Positions 41,916 to 56,394 of a stretch of DNA of 64,000 nt are shown here, piece after piece. The DNA is from the human T2T-CHM13v2.0 reference genome, Homo sapiens: NCBI RefSeq assembly GCF_009914755.1, contig NC_060939.1. One strand, given 5' to 3'. Numbering within the stretch: position 1 is the first letter of the stretch; every line of letters begins with the position of its first letter. The position numbers and the translations under genes are program-made. A model generated the notes under the pieces. The model saw nothing but the letters and a program-made list of their open reading frames with translations, ran no database searches and had not been told where the DNA came from.

Positions 41916-43911
41916 TTATTCTTACTCAGTTTTAAGAGGAGTTAACTGAGACATAGCAGTTTTAGCAGACTTGCCTAAGGCACACAATTTAAGATTCTCA
42001 GGGACTCTTTGAGTTTCAAGCCCATTTGTTTAACTACTCTGCTAAACTGCCATGCAACCCTGGCCAAATTAGTAAGTCTTCAGACTCAGCCTCCTCCTCT
42101 GTAAAATGAGCAGCCTGAACTCTGCCGATTCTCTTTAAATCCTATACAGCTATTCTGTGAGTCTGCATTTCTGATTCCAAACATCCACAGAAACGTACTG
42201 TGAAACTCCAGTGAATTGTGACTTGTGTTATGAGTTGAGGGCAGGTCAGAGAACAGTAGCATTCCATTGGGAACTGGCACACATTTGCAGCCAACAGATG
42301 AAATCTACACTCCTGGCACAGAGCCAACCCTGCCCTCCATCCTAAAGCACACTTGCCTGGTGAGTCCATTTGGTCCTTTCCTGAATCCTGAACTGTCACA
42401 TCTCCCTCATTGGGAAGGATAGTATGCAGGCCCGACTCCTTCATAGAGCATGGGTTGTTCATCTGTGAATGTAATTTGAGGAAAGTAAAGGCCCACCTGC
42501 CTGAGATGGCTGGAGGGCATTGTATTGTAGCAATGGTAGACCACATGTTATTAACTAGGGTTCTGATGACATCTTCCAGCTACACTCACTTGAGTCTCCT
42601 GTGACTACCACTCTTTCTCAGTTGTCATCTCTGTCTTTACTTTCTTTGTTTACACTTTAAATGTTGGATATTCCTAGGGCATAGTTCTCAGTTTTCTCTC
42701 ACCCAGAGTAGCTTCATCCTTTCTCATAACCAGATCTTACTTTCTCTTAAAATCTCTATTTAAATTTCCTGCTAATTTTGAGATATGTCCATATCTCCAC
42801 CACAGCACCCTTAGAACTTTAGAGTTCAATATCTCCCATACTGAAGCATCTAGTGGTATATTACAGGGGCAAGTAAAATAAGTGTAGAATAAATAAACTG
42901 TGATGCATTAATTAATACATTAGTACAGGTTTAGGTGCTGGGTAAACTTTCACCTGTTTTTTTGGTGAATGGAACCATTTTCAGTCCTGAGAACAAGGGG
43001 CAAGTCTAATTTATTGTTTTGTGCCTTTGGACTATAGTGCAGTGCCTGGATCATTGTAGCAGACCAGAAAAAGTATGTTAACATTAATGAACCCAATACA
43101 GGAGACTCAGGACTGGCACATTTTGAGAGGAGAAAAAAGGAGTTTCACATCTTGAAGTTTTGCCCAGAGAAGGCCGGCCCATGTGGGATGATGCAATGTG
43201 GGACTTGGCTTGTTAGGATCAACATGGGGACATTGGACTCCATGATAAAAATAATAATGTAGAAGGGTCCAGCTCACAGTAAGCAACTGAACTTTGCCTG
43301 CCTCACTTAATTTGTTAAGACCATCTCAGGCTCTTACGACCTTGCCCTTGGCGCTGAGCCTGCAGAGTAATTCATACTTTTGTCTATGTCAGATCCTTGG
43401 TATTAGCCCAGGGTGACACTTCCATGAAGATTCCACCAGTTTCCAAAATTTCCTTTTACCTTTTCACACCATAATTTTCCCTGGAGCATAACTCATTGAA
43501 GTGGTCCCAGCTGGGTTTTGTGGCTTCCAGTGACCTCAGTACTCAGGAGAACAAACAAGGGCAGCTGGCCATGTGAACACTTAAGAAAGCTTTTAGAAAA
43601 TATGTTTTCCTTCTCATAACTGGCCCGATGAGCTGGAGCTGGCAAGCAGAGAGATAGGGTGAGACTGCAACACTGAAGATGTCCAGTTGTGTCAGCTGTG
43701 GTGTATTGCATTTGTATCTCCTGATGTCTGAACCAGAAGGGGTCTTTATCCCCGGGCAAATCCCTCGTGTCTGCAGAACCAATTCCCTTGGCAGGCTGAG
43801 GGATGCTGTGTGACTAGGGTGGGGAAGGCTAAGTGTTGGGATCTATGAATTGTATTTCTGCTGCCTTGGGACAATAAGCAGAGATGTAGACTGTCCTTTT
43901 TGGCTTAAATG

Positions 43912-45090
43912 TATCCCTCCTTACACTTAAACATAAAACCTAAAACCATAAAAACCCTAGAAGAAAACCTAGGCAATACCATTCAGGACATAGGCATGGG
44001 CAAAGACTTCATGACTAAAACACCAAAAGCATTTTCAAAAAATGCCAAAATTGGCACATGGGATCTAATTAAACTGAAGAGCTTCTGCGCAGCAAAAGAA
44101 ACTATCATCAGAGTGAACACGCAACCTACAGAATTGGAGAAAATTTTTGCGATCTATCCATCTGACAAAGGTCTAATATCCAGAATCTACAAGGAACTTA
44201 AATTTACAAGAAAAAAACCATTAAAAAGTGGGTGAATGATATGAACAGACACTTCTCAAAAGAAGACATTTATGCGGCCAGAAAACATAAGAAAAACTCA
44301 TCACTGGCCATTAGAGGAATGCAAATCAAAATCACAATGAGATACCATATCATGCCAGTAAGAATGATGATCATTTAAAAGTCTGGAAACAACAGATGCT
44401 GGTGAGGACATGGAGAAATAGGAATGCTTTTACATGGTTGGTGGGAGTGTAAATTCGTTCAACCATTATGGAAGAAAGTGTGGTGATTCCTCAAGGATCT
44501 AGAACCAGAAATACCATTTGACCCAGCAATCCCATTACTGGGTATATACCCAAAGCATTATAAATCATTCTATAAAGACACATGCACACATATGTTTATT
44601 GCAGCACTATTTGCAATAGCAAAGACTTGGAACCAACCCAAATGCCCATCAATGACAGACTGGATAAAGAAAACGTGGCGCCTACACACCATGGAATACT
44701 ATGCAGCCAGAAAAACGAATGAGTTAATGTCCTTTGCAGCGACATGGCTGAAGCTGGAAACCATCATCCTCAGCAAACTAACACAGAAACAGAAAACCAA
44801 ACACCGCATGTTCTCACTCATAAGTAGGAGTTGAACATTGAGAACACAGGGACACAGGGAGGGTAACATCACATACCAGGGCCTGTTGGGGGGAGTAGGG
44901 GAAGGGGAGGGAGAGTTTTAGGACAAATACCTAATGCATTCTGGGCTTAAAACCTAGATGACGGGTTGATAGGTGCAGGAAACCACCGTGGCACATGTAT
45001 ACCTATGTAACAAACCCGCACGTTCTGCACATGTATCCTAGAACTTAAAGCAAAAAAAAAAAAAAAAGAAAAGAAAAAGAAAAATAAAGA
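43912..45090 (+). mobile_element. 5'-truncated L1PA (about PA8-PA10) 3' end
   Basis: ORF2 C-terminal fragments, 3'UTR, poly-A; short flanking repeat aaatgta. Confidence 0.92.
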
Positions 45091-45094
45091 AATG

Positions 45095-47200
45095 TAATTG
45101 AGTTTTCTATATTGATGTAGTAATATCTTTTGGGTTTTCTATAAGAATCATCATGTCATCTGTGAATAATGGGAGATTTTTAGTTTTATTTCTTCCTTCC
45201 TAATCCCTAAACAAAATTTTTCTTACTGCACAAACCAGGGCCTCAAATAATCTTTAAATTCATGCCCATAAAGCTCAGAGGAGCCCCAATGCAATCACGC
45301 TATATTCCATTTACTCTTCCAGTCTTCTAGAAGACTGTATCATACTTCCTTTCCCCTTAAATCTCCAAGACCTGCTCCTCTATCTGCGCCTTCACCCAAT
45401 AACCTTTTTAAAGAAAATCTAATTCACTTGCAAAAAATGGATGAAATCAGAAGTTCTACAGACTCCCAGTCTCAATCTCCTACCTCTTGCATGTGCACCC
45501 ATGTATTTTGCTTTCCCGAATGTTACCATAAAGGAAACATTCCTAGGATGAGCTCAACTTGATCATGGTGTACAATCCTTTCTATATTCGGATTTGGTTG
45601 GCAAATATTTTGTTTAGAATTTTTTAAGTCTCTGCTCATGGGAGAGATTAGTCGGTGATTTTCCTTTTTCAAACTTCCCTTGTCAAATGTTGGCACTGAT
45701 GTGTATACTAGCTTCATAAAATGAGGAACAACCCTCTTCCCATTTTCTCTTCTCTGGAAAATTCTGTCCAAAATTGAAATTACTTGTTTCTTGAATATTT
45801 GGCAGATCTTGCCAGTAAAACCATTTGATATTTTCTTGTCAAAAATAAATAAATAAAAGGTAACTGCTGATTTATTTTTTAATGGGTTATTTTTCTTGAA
45901 TCAGTTTTGTTGAGATATACTTTTCTACAAATTTGACCATTTCGACCAAGTTTTTAAATGTGTTATCTTACAGTTACTTATAATACTCTTATCTCGAATA
46001 ACTGCAGCATTTTAGTTATATCCACATATCCACTTCCATATCCTTGACATTGGTTATCAGTGCCTTCTTTCTTTGTTCTTGTTCAATCCCCATAAAGACT
46101 GTCCATTTTGTAAGTATTTTTTAAAAAACCTCTTTTATATTTTCTATTTTATTACTTTCTACTATTATTTTCTTTTTGTACTTTTCCCTAAGTGGATGCT
46201 TACCGCCATATCAAACTTTATCTCTTTCCTCCCCCAATACGTGTATTTAAACCTATAAATTCCTCTTTAGTGCTGCTTTAGCTATATCCAACACATTTTG
46301 AAATTTAGTATTTTATATCATTTTGTTCTGTATTTTATAATTTATATTATGATATCTACTATGACCCAATATACATGATGCTTCTTCCCATTTAGGTTTT
46401 CACTTTTAATTTTTTTTGGCTTTCTACAATCGTCTCTGTAAACTGTACACATCTTTTATTACTTGTAGTTCTAGTTACCTTAGAGTATTTGTCTTATCAC
46501 AGATGTCATGTTTATGCCATTTTCTAATTGGTCATTGGCAATGAATAGTAAATACTGTTGCTTTTTAAATTTTTTAAATTGATTATTTTATTATTTTTTT
46601 TTAGATTATTTGCCATGACCAGATGTGATTCATACCAGGGATCCAAGCATGCTGTTGATTTTTTATATGTTGATTTATATTCAGCAAATTTGATGCATTT
46701 ACTTATGACTTATACTTGTGTCTTAGACCCTTTGAGCAGCTCTAATAAAATACCATAAACTGGGTGGTTTACAAACAATAAACATTCATTCCTCCAAGCT
46801 CTGGAGGCTGGGAAGTTCAAGATCAAGGCCTCTGCAGATTTGGTAACTGACAAAGGCCCACTTCTTCATAGAAGAGGCATTACACTGTGTCAACTCCTAA
46901 AAGCCTCACCATCTAACACTATCACCTTTGGGGTTAAGATTTCAGCATATGAATTTTGGGGTCACATTAACATTCAGCTCATAACAACCTGTTTATAGTT
47001 GGTTCTTCATTTGAATATCATGCCATCGGAGAATGGGACCAATCTTTTATATTTTTTTCCAAGTGTTCTATACACTTTTTATTTTATCTTATTACGGCTT
47101 ATCTTCTAGACAATGGCAATAAGAGTGATGAAAATGGACCCTCTATCTTTTTTTCCTGAATGTAAGGGAAATTCTTCTAAAGTTTCACTGTGGTGCTTGT
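45095..47200 (-). mobile_element. Ancient L1ME/L1M fragments
   Basis: Degenerate ORF2 residues (ENHRLISPM...IVHHDQVELILGM on the minus strand) in T-rich sequence. Confidence 0.6.
46717..46987 (-). mobile_element. MLT1A-type LTR
   Basis: aaaataccataaactgggtggttta...ctggaggctgggaagttcaagatcaagg...tatgaattttgggg...ataaca. Confidence 0.8.
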
Positions 47201-48045
47201 CTTCCATTCCATCTTCCTTCAAAAGTGTGTGGGTGTTAATGTGTGTATGTATACATGTTTATGTGTTTTTATACTTCGGAGACTACAGAACTCAAAATGA
47301 CCTCTCCCAGGCTGCCTCACATCCTGGATGTGATTTTTGGTTTGGACAATTAGATGTGCCTGCATGCAGATTTCCCTAAAGCTGTAGAAAAAGCAGAGAA
47401 CTCAAAACCACATCCTGGTGCCAGCATAGATAAGAGATCTGATCTGAAGCCTGAGACTATGAAGGGTACATTAGCCTTGAGTACATTTATTAAAGCCATC
47501 TGTTCTTATCCTTCCCTAACCACATTGTGTCTTCCTAAGCTACCAGAACACAGGTATCACTCACAAGCAATTGCAGTCAAAGTTTCCTCTTAGAAAAGCA
47601 AAGAATAAAGGGGAAAAAACCCACCATGTCTTTTCTTTCTAATAAGTATTTTGTTGTCTAAATAATATATTTGCATTGCCTAAAAAATGAAATACAGATT
47701 AACAAAAAAGGAAATACAAACTACTCATAACTCTTCCTCCCAGAGGCAATACCCCCTCAAACTTTCATTCTTTTTCTGTGTATATATACCATAAATACGT
47801 TTCTTAAGTCATCTTATTTTTATCAGTCCTGTGCAATGCAATTTTCAGGGTTTTATTGGTGAATAGTGTGTCTAATAGCAGACGCCACCCAAGTCCAACA
47901 TGACTGCTCAGTGAAGTGTCTGTAAGGGAAAAATGCTGTGTGCATCTAATTCTTTAGGAGAGACTCCCAGCACTTCGAGCTGCTTAGGTGCTCTCTCAAT
48001 CATTAATGTCTCAACTCGTTTACTGTCAAACTAAAACATTTACTA

Positions 48046-48507
<462 letters not shown>

Positions 48508-49151
48508 TCATAAAACGAGAGCCTAATTAATGGAATAAGTTAGCACAGAAAAGGAAATATCAACAATAGGATGGGTCATTTCTTCCATGGAAATGAAAAG
48601 CATTTTTTTTCCTTATATTAGTTTGCATTTTGCCACCCCAGCTGCACAATGGGAGCCCTTAGAATTTTGTTTTCTTAGACAAACAATCTCTCTACGAAAG
48701 CCTTATGAACTTTGGCTGCTGCTCTGGCCAAGTCTTCAAGGCAAACCATTTTGTTGACTTCTGATACTTGAGAGATGCCAGCAGATCAGGCTGAGTTGGC
48801 TCCCGGCGAGAATTCTGTCCAAGAATCTTGGGTCCCCTGTGACTTAAAAAAAAAGAAAAAAAAAGTTTTCTGAGAAGAATTTGTTTACATTCTGTTAATC
48901 TGTTCATCATTTATGATGGTGTTAAGGACACGAAGCTTACAGTAAACTGGATCAACAGTAAATTTTACTGGCACTTCTTAGTAATTATTATAAAAACTCT
49001 GTGTCTAACCTAGTCTATTTTTGTTTTCACTCATCTCCTACCTCCCATAAGGCATATGTTATAGAGATGCTCAGTAAACAATGAGCTCTGCATAGCAACT
49101 ACTCTCTTCCCAAGCCCAAATGCTCTGTTTCCACCTTTCTCTTTCTCACAG

Positions 49152-49278
49152 AGGGGTTGATTTTGCTCCCGGAATAATACGTGAAATTCTAGTTGTCTTC
49201 AAAGTCAAAGATACGTGGCCATTCCTTCCTGTGTTCAAAACAGAAGGGAAGGCCAAATTATTTTTCCTAAGTATTAAG
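49152..49278 (+). other. Candidate exon (127 nt)
   Basis: Strong acceptor ttccacctttctctttctcacAG and donor AAG|gtgagt; one open frame. Confidence 0.45.
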
Positions 49279-49423
49279 GTGAGTCTTAGCTTCTGGTTCA
49301 CAGTTTGTTTCAGCAAGAAGAGCAGTTAATCAGTGACTTCTATTCGGAGATAAGAAAAGTTTTTCTTGAATATGACTCTTCTCTATGGCTTTGTCTACAA
49401 CCCCTTTCTCTTATTTCCACTCC

Positions 49424-49471
49424 TAACCACTCCCTCCCCACTAATAGTTTTAAGTGGGGAGGGAGTGGTTA
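49424..49471. repeat. Perfect inverted repeat, 19-bp arms with a 10-nt loop
   Basis: TAACCACTCCCTCCCCACT-aatagtttta-AGTGGGGAGGGAGTGGTTA. Confidence 0.95.
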
Positions 49472-49521
49472 AGTTTAAAATAGCTCTGTGTTCTATAAGA
49501 GAAAGCTTACAGAACATAGAG

Positions 49522-49743
49522 TTTTTTTTAAATTTAAATTTTAAGTTCTGGGGTACATGTGCAGGATGTGAAGGTTTGTTACCTAGGTAAATGTGTGCCG
49601 TGGTGGTTTGCTGCACCTATCAACCCATTAGGTATTAAGCCCAGCATGCATTAGCTACTTTTTCTAATGTTCTCCCTCTTCCCACCCCACTACACCCCCT
49701 GAGAGGCCCCAGTGTGTGTTGTTCCCTTCCCTGTGCCCATGTG
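49522..49743 (-). mobile_element. Short 5'-truncated L1PA (about PA13-16) 3'UTR
   Basis: L1 3' end; TSD CAGAACA(T/C)AGAG at 49510-49521 and 49744-49755. Confidence 0.9.
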
Positions 49744-49970
49744 CAGAACACAGAGACATTTTTAATGTTACTCATAACTAAAGTTCATTTCAAGGAAACT
49801 GGAAATCTCTAGAAGAAAGGAGGTTGTTGTATAAAGTGTTTACCAAAAATAACTGGTTAAGAGCCAGATCAAACATGAGAAGGCAGAAAATGATAGCAAT
49901 ATACACCAACCTGCATCCAGAAAGCACACTCATGTCAATGGCCAGAGAAGAGAAATCTGCATCCATAGAA

Positions 49971-50345
49971 TGTATTAGTCATGGTAGGCTCACTGATGTA
50001 TTGCACAACCCAAGATTTAAAGCAACAGAAGGTTATTTCTCACTCATGAAACTCTTGTGTATTTGATAGAGGCAATCCAGTGGCAATTCGGAAACCCAGG
50101 GACCTCTTCTACATCCATAGAATCTTCTCTATTCACTTGATGCCTGGGGAGAGAAGAGGGAGTTGCCTGTGGGAGGGTTTTATCAGTGGGGTCTGTTAAT
50201 GGTACACATTGCTTCTGCTAACCTTGCATTGGTTAAATATTTCATCACATGGCCACTTATAACTGCAAGGGAGGCTAGGGAATTTAGTTTACTTGCATGT
50301 CTAGGAGGAAAAGGAATTGAGTTTTGATGACACATGGCAGGCAGC
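49971..50345 (-). mobile_element. Old MLT1 LTR
   Basis: tgtattagtc...tatttctcactcatg...catcacatggccacttataactgcaagggaggctaggga. Confidence 0.65.
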
Positions 50346-50920
50346 CTTTGCTGAGGATAAAGACACTTATTGAGATAAACGTAGAAATGAAAGAATTCCA
50401 GTAAGCTCACTGTTCAAGCTGCTGTATCATTACTTCCTGTCTCCATTTCGCTTTTAGCCCTAGCATCTGAGTCTACACCTCAACCCAGGCCTCTAGCTAG
50501 GAGTGAATTTAATCTATCCCGGGGAGCTACATGCTCTTCATAGAGGGGGATTTTCCTTTACTGAGTCCTGATACGTCTTCTGGTGGATGTCACTGAGACA
50601 CTTCACTGTCATACTTTGCTACTGGGGATAGAGAAGCAGCACAAGACTTGACTCCTGCTCTTAGTGAACTAGCGCTATTTCTTAGGCAAGTTAAGACCAA
50701 TATGTATGAAGCAAGTAAAGAATAACCTGTCACTGTAGATGACCAAGGTTGGGGGACTTGATGGTCTGGATGGTGTGGGCCATTCATATCATGACACTGA
50801 CAATGTGTCTCAACGCTCTTCTGAAAGAATGGGGTGTTAGTCCTTTAAAGATATTCATATACTTTTCTTTGAAATATGCCCAGCCCCAGTCAAGCTCTTC
50901 ACTATGTGTCAGTGAAATAA

Positions 50921-51153
<233 letters not shown>

Positions 51154-54100
51154 CTGAGTGGGCCATCTTAACCACTTTTTTCATTCTACTAAATAAAATA
51201 AATAGGTTAAACAATCTTAACTGCCTAGATTGTCATTCTTACAGCTAAGGAGACCCATCATTTCCTCCTCATAAAAAATATAAATTAGGCAAAAGTGATA
51301 TCAGACTGGTGAAAACTAGGAGAGTTGGTTCAGCCCAATCCATTTATTTTATTTATTTTTATGATGATAACTAACTTTCATTGAGTATCCATTATAAATT
51401 GAGTGCTATATATTGTTTAGACCAATAAATTTAGTGTGTGTGTTTATGTGGTCTACACACACTTTAATACATATGCTTTTTTTTTTTGTCAGATAAAAGA
51501 GGAGAGAGCCCTATTCTATTTTGATATCCAAATTTCTAAGAACCCCTTGCTCTCACAAGAATTCTAAGATAAGTTTTAGGTGAAGAGGGAATCTAAAAAT
51601 TGAAAAATATAAATGGAATGAGAAAATCTAAAAGACCACTGTTGCCATCTCCCTTCCACAACCTACTTGAGAAATCCTTCCCTGACTGAGAGTTGGGAAG
51701 GTGAGGCAAAGGCTGACTCTCCCAAGTAGACAAGGACTGCCTCCACTGCTGTGGTCCCTGCACTGCTGAATATTTCCCAGGACACAGGCTTCCTCAGGTT
51801 TGCCATCACAAGCAGGTGACTAAAGAGAATTCTTTGGCTTTGCACAGGCCTGGCTAAAGCTCTGTTGTTGGAAACTCTCTGAGGAGCTCAGGCAGAAAAC
51901 TTTTTTATTATGATTTATGAGATCCCAAATGCCACCATTAGCACTAGATGATTAAATTGGGACATTTGTTTGGACTGCCCTGACAGGGTTATATACTACC
52001 CCAAGGGCCTCAGGTGAACATTGCATGCCATTGCCATCATCGCTTGGACGTCACCAGCAGGAAATATCAGAAGCCTCCCAAGACAGTCTGTCCTTCTGGG
52101 CTTTCCAGAGAGGCCCTGGCAGACAGGAGAGGTCGGCCTTGTCTGGACTGGTACCTGGCCTGGAAGTCTTCACCCCCTAAAACCCAGAGCTCCACCATGC
52201 TGGATGGGGGCCAGGCGAGTGCCTTGTGGTAGCACTATTAAGAATAGAGTGTCACCGCCTGTCAGATGCCCTGTGTCAAAGGTGACTGCAACTGCTGCCT
52301 CCTCATTGATCAGATTAACCAGGCACTCACTGGTGTTGAGTTGCAAATGTCTGGATTTTGCTTCCCCTGGCAGCAGCTCCAGGGATAGGAGAGAAAACAG
52401 CTTATAAATTCTTTAATGATTTTTGGAGCCAAAGGCAGCTTACAGACTGGATTTTCAAGTAATGTTATTTAAAAGGTTCCAAGGGACATGAAGGTAAATA
52501 GCTTGAAAAATAGGGGGAAAGTTATTTCTTTCCTCCTCTGAGAACATTACATAGATTGAATTAACCCCTAGTTAATTCCTCTTGTGATTATGAGACACAG
52601 AAGAGAGCATTGTGCTGGGGTGTCTGGATCCCATTTGGGCAGCCCCCGCCCTTTAGTCTCACTGAATGTTTCTCTTTTGAAGAAACATTTGGAAATCAGA
52701 ATTTTAAAAGTTCTTTTTTTCCCCAGATCAATATATGTCCTTGCAGATATATAAATATCAGCTATTAAATATCTTTGGGGGATGTGTAAGGAAGTTTTAT
52801 GACAAATGCACAATGAGTAATCTACCCTGAAGATGTTCAAAAGAAGCTGGGTATTAACACAAAAGGGTTGTTTCAGGAAAGGTGCAGGCACTAGGTGGAA
52901 GGGAGGATGAGAGGATTTACAGACCTTGCTGGTCCTAAAATTCTATTATTTTCTTTAGCCTATGTCAGTTTGAATATTTGAAAACTAATGCATTACCTTT
53001 TTAATGGATGTGGAAATAGACGCTAAGGTAAAGCATTAATTTTGTTTCCTGTATTCCCCAGCAGAAGCCTGTTATTAAGATTGGGGCACTTTTCTATTGC
53101 TATAGTGCACCTAATCTATATCTCATGGGATAGTTCTTATTTCAAACCTGCAGACTCTCTGTACCGTAGGTCCACCTCTGTTTGACGCATGACCTGTTCT
53201 GATTTGAGATTTAGAGAATATTGACAATTTATTGATAGGGCAGGGAGATGTCAGTGATGAAAAGAGCAAGCCTTTATATGTAGAGGCCATGTAGGAAAGC
53301 CTAGATTTTCTAACATCTTGAATAATTTTGAGTTTCTTTGGCCTTCAAATATTTCAGTCCAAAGAACCCCTCCTTCAGTGCCTTCTTTATATTTAAAAAA
53401 AAAAAAAACAAAACCATCACACCAGAATGTATATGTATTGATCATGGGTTTAACCACTAGTTACCGTCACTTGCAAGTAATGCTCCCAAGCTTCGTATAC
53501 ACAAGGTGTAATCTCAGGTTGATTTCCATGGGTGCTGTGCGACCAGTCATAGTGCTTGGTTCTCATAGCTGCAGGGATGGAACTGGAATGAACAGTGGGT
53601 CAAGGCCCTCTGCCTTGACTTCCTATTGTGGTCCTGCTGTCATGGGTGTTTTTTATGCTGCTGACCTCACCCTATTCCTAAGGAAATCATTGATTTCCCC
53701 ACTTCCTTCTCTTTCTTTTTTTTTTTTTTCTTTTTGCTATCTAAAAGCTGAGTTTCTAAATCTAACCTTTGAAATGGCGCTCAATGGTGAAACCCTTGAA
53801 AAAGAAAGACTTGTCTTTCCCCTTGTCTCCTCAGTAAATATCTCTCCTTTGCAAGCAATTTGATGTAGAAAGTAAAATGCTGAGTTCATGGATGAGAAGG
53901 CTGAGCCAGCTATCATAAAGGAAAATCCATTTTTGAAACAAATATTTAGTTCACATTTATTAGAGTATAATTTCAATGAAGTTAGGGATCTTTGTGTATT
54001 TTGCTCACTGACGTATCCTAAGTGCCTTAAACAGTCAGTGCCCAACCAGTATATGTTGTGTGACACTGTTGTATACCAGGCTGTGTCTTTAGAAAACATG

Positions 54101-54499
54101 CTGTCTTATATAGGAGGCACCAGGGGTGTGTGTATATGTGTGTGTGCATATGCGGTGGGGGTACCTTGTTAAAAGGATTTTATAGAGATAAGTTTACAAT
54201 GCACTTGTAACATAGAGGGGGCATGATTGTCTGCCTTGTGAGGGTTGTGGCAGCTTCAGAGAGTAGGTGATATTGGCACTGTGTTAAAGGACAGGTACCT
54301 TTGCAGGGAGCTGGGACATCACAGGCAGAGGGGACAACATGAATAGAAACAGGGAGGCATGTGACTGTACATGGTGTTTGGATGTGGGCTAACTACAATT
54401 TGGGCTTCCGTAGTTTTCCTTTATACAATTTGTCCACAACTTCTTGCCTTTGTCATTCATTCATTTATTCATTCATTCTTTCATCCATACTAAAGTTAA

Positions 54500-54790
<291 letters not shown>

Positions 54791-54841
54791 CAACAGGCAT
54801 TTCTTGAGTATCAACCAGGTGTTAGAAATAATTCTAATTCC

Positions 54842-56394
54842 AAAAACTATTTTAAAATTCATATGGATTCAAAAAAGATCCCCAATAGCCAAGACAATCC
54901 TAAGCAAAAAGAACAAAGCTGGAGGCATCATTCTACCTAACTTCAAACTATACTATAAGGCTACAGTAATCCAAACAACATGGTATTGGTACAAAAACAG
55001 ACACATAGACCAATGGAACAGAATAGAGGACTCAGAAATAAGACCACACATCTACAACCATCTGTGATCTTTGAGAAACCTGACAAAAACAAGTAATGGG
55101 GAAAGGATTCCCTATTTAATAAATGGTGCTGGTAGAACTGGCTAGCCATATGCAGAAAATTGAAAATTGATCCCTTCCTTACACCATATACAAAAATTAT
55201 ACAAAAATTAACTCGAGATGGATTAAAGACTTAAATGTTAAACCCCAAACTCTAACCACCACCCCCCAGAAGAAAATCTAGGTAATACTATTCAAGACAT
55301 AGCCAGGGGCAAAGATTTCATGACAAAAATGTCAAAAGCAATTGCAAAAAAGCAAAAATTGACAAATGGGATCTAATTAAACTAAAGAGCTTCTGCACAG
55401 CAAAAGAAACTATCAGAGCAAACGAACAACCTACAGAATGGAGAAAATTTTTGCAATCTATTCATCTGACAAAGATCTAATATCCAGAATCTACAAGGAA
55501 CTTAAATTTACAAGATAAAAAAGCAAACAACCACATTAAAATGTGGGCAAAGGACATGAACAGACACTTCTCAATAGAAGACATTTAGGTGGCCAACAAA
55601 CATATAAAAAAAAACTCAACATCACTGATCATTAAAGAAATGCAAATCAAAACCACAATAAGATAACATCTCATGCGAGTCAGAATGGTGATTATTAAAA
55701 AGTCGAGAAACAACAGATGCTGGCGAGGCTGCGAAGAAATAGGAATGCTTTTACGCTGTTGGTGGGAATGTGAATTAGTTCAACCATTGTGGAAGACAGT
55801 GTGGTGATTCCTCAAAGACCTAGAACCAGAAATACCATTTGACCCAGCAATCCCAATACTGGGTAGGTACCCAAAGGAATAGAAATCATTCTATTATAAA
55901 GATACATGCGTGACATGCATATGTTCATTGCAGCTCTAGTCACAATAGCAAACACGGAATCAACCCAAATTCCCATCAATGACAGACTGTAAAAAGAAAA
56001 TGTGGTACATTCTCACTGTGAAATACTATGCAGCCATAAAAAGGAAAAAGATCATGTCCTTTGCAGGGACATGGATGGAGCTGGACATGTTAGTTTGCTG
56101 AGGATAATGGCTTCCAGAACATTAACACAGGACAGAAAACCAATCACCATGTGTTCTCGCTTATAAGTGGAAGCTGAACACTGTGAACACATAGACACAG
56201 GGAGAGGAACAACATACACTGGGCCTGTTGGGGGTGGGGGGCAGGGGGAGGGAGAGCATCAGCAAAAATAGCTAATGCATGCTGGGCTTAACACCTACGT
56301 GATGGGTTGATAGGTACAGCAAATCACCACAGCACACGTTTACCCATGTAACAAACCTGCACATCCTGCACGTGTTACTTGGAATTTAAGAAGA
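54842..56394 (+). mobile_element. 5'-truncated older L1PA inserted in an L2 relic
   Basis: ORF2 C-terminal half plus 3'UTR; TSD-like agaaataat..taattcc; L2 sequence on both sides (about 54450 and 56411-56640). Confidence 0.9.

Noticed and set aside
53318-53863. 181-aa + strand ORF
   Set aside because: Non-ATG start, runs through poly-A and poly-T tracts, no protein-like features
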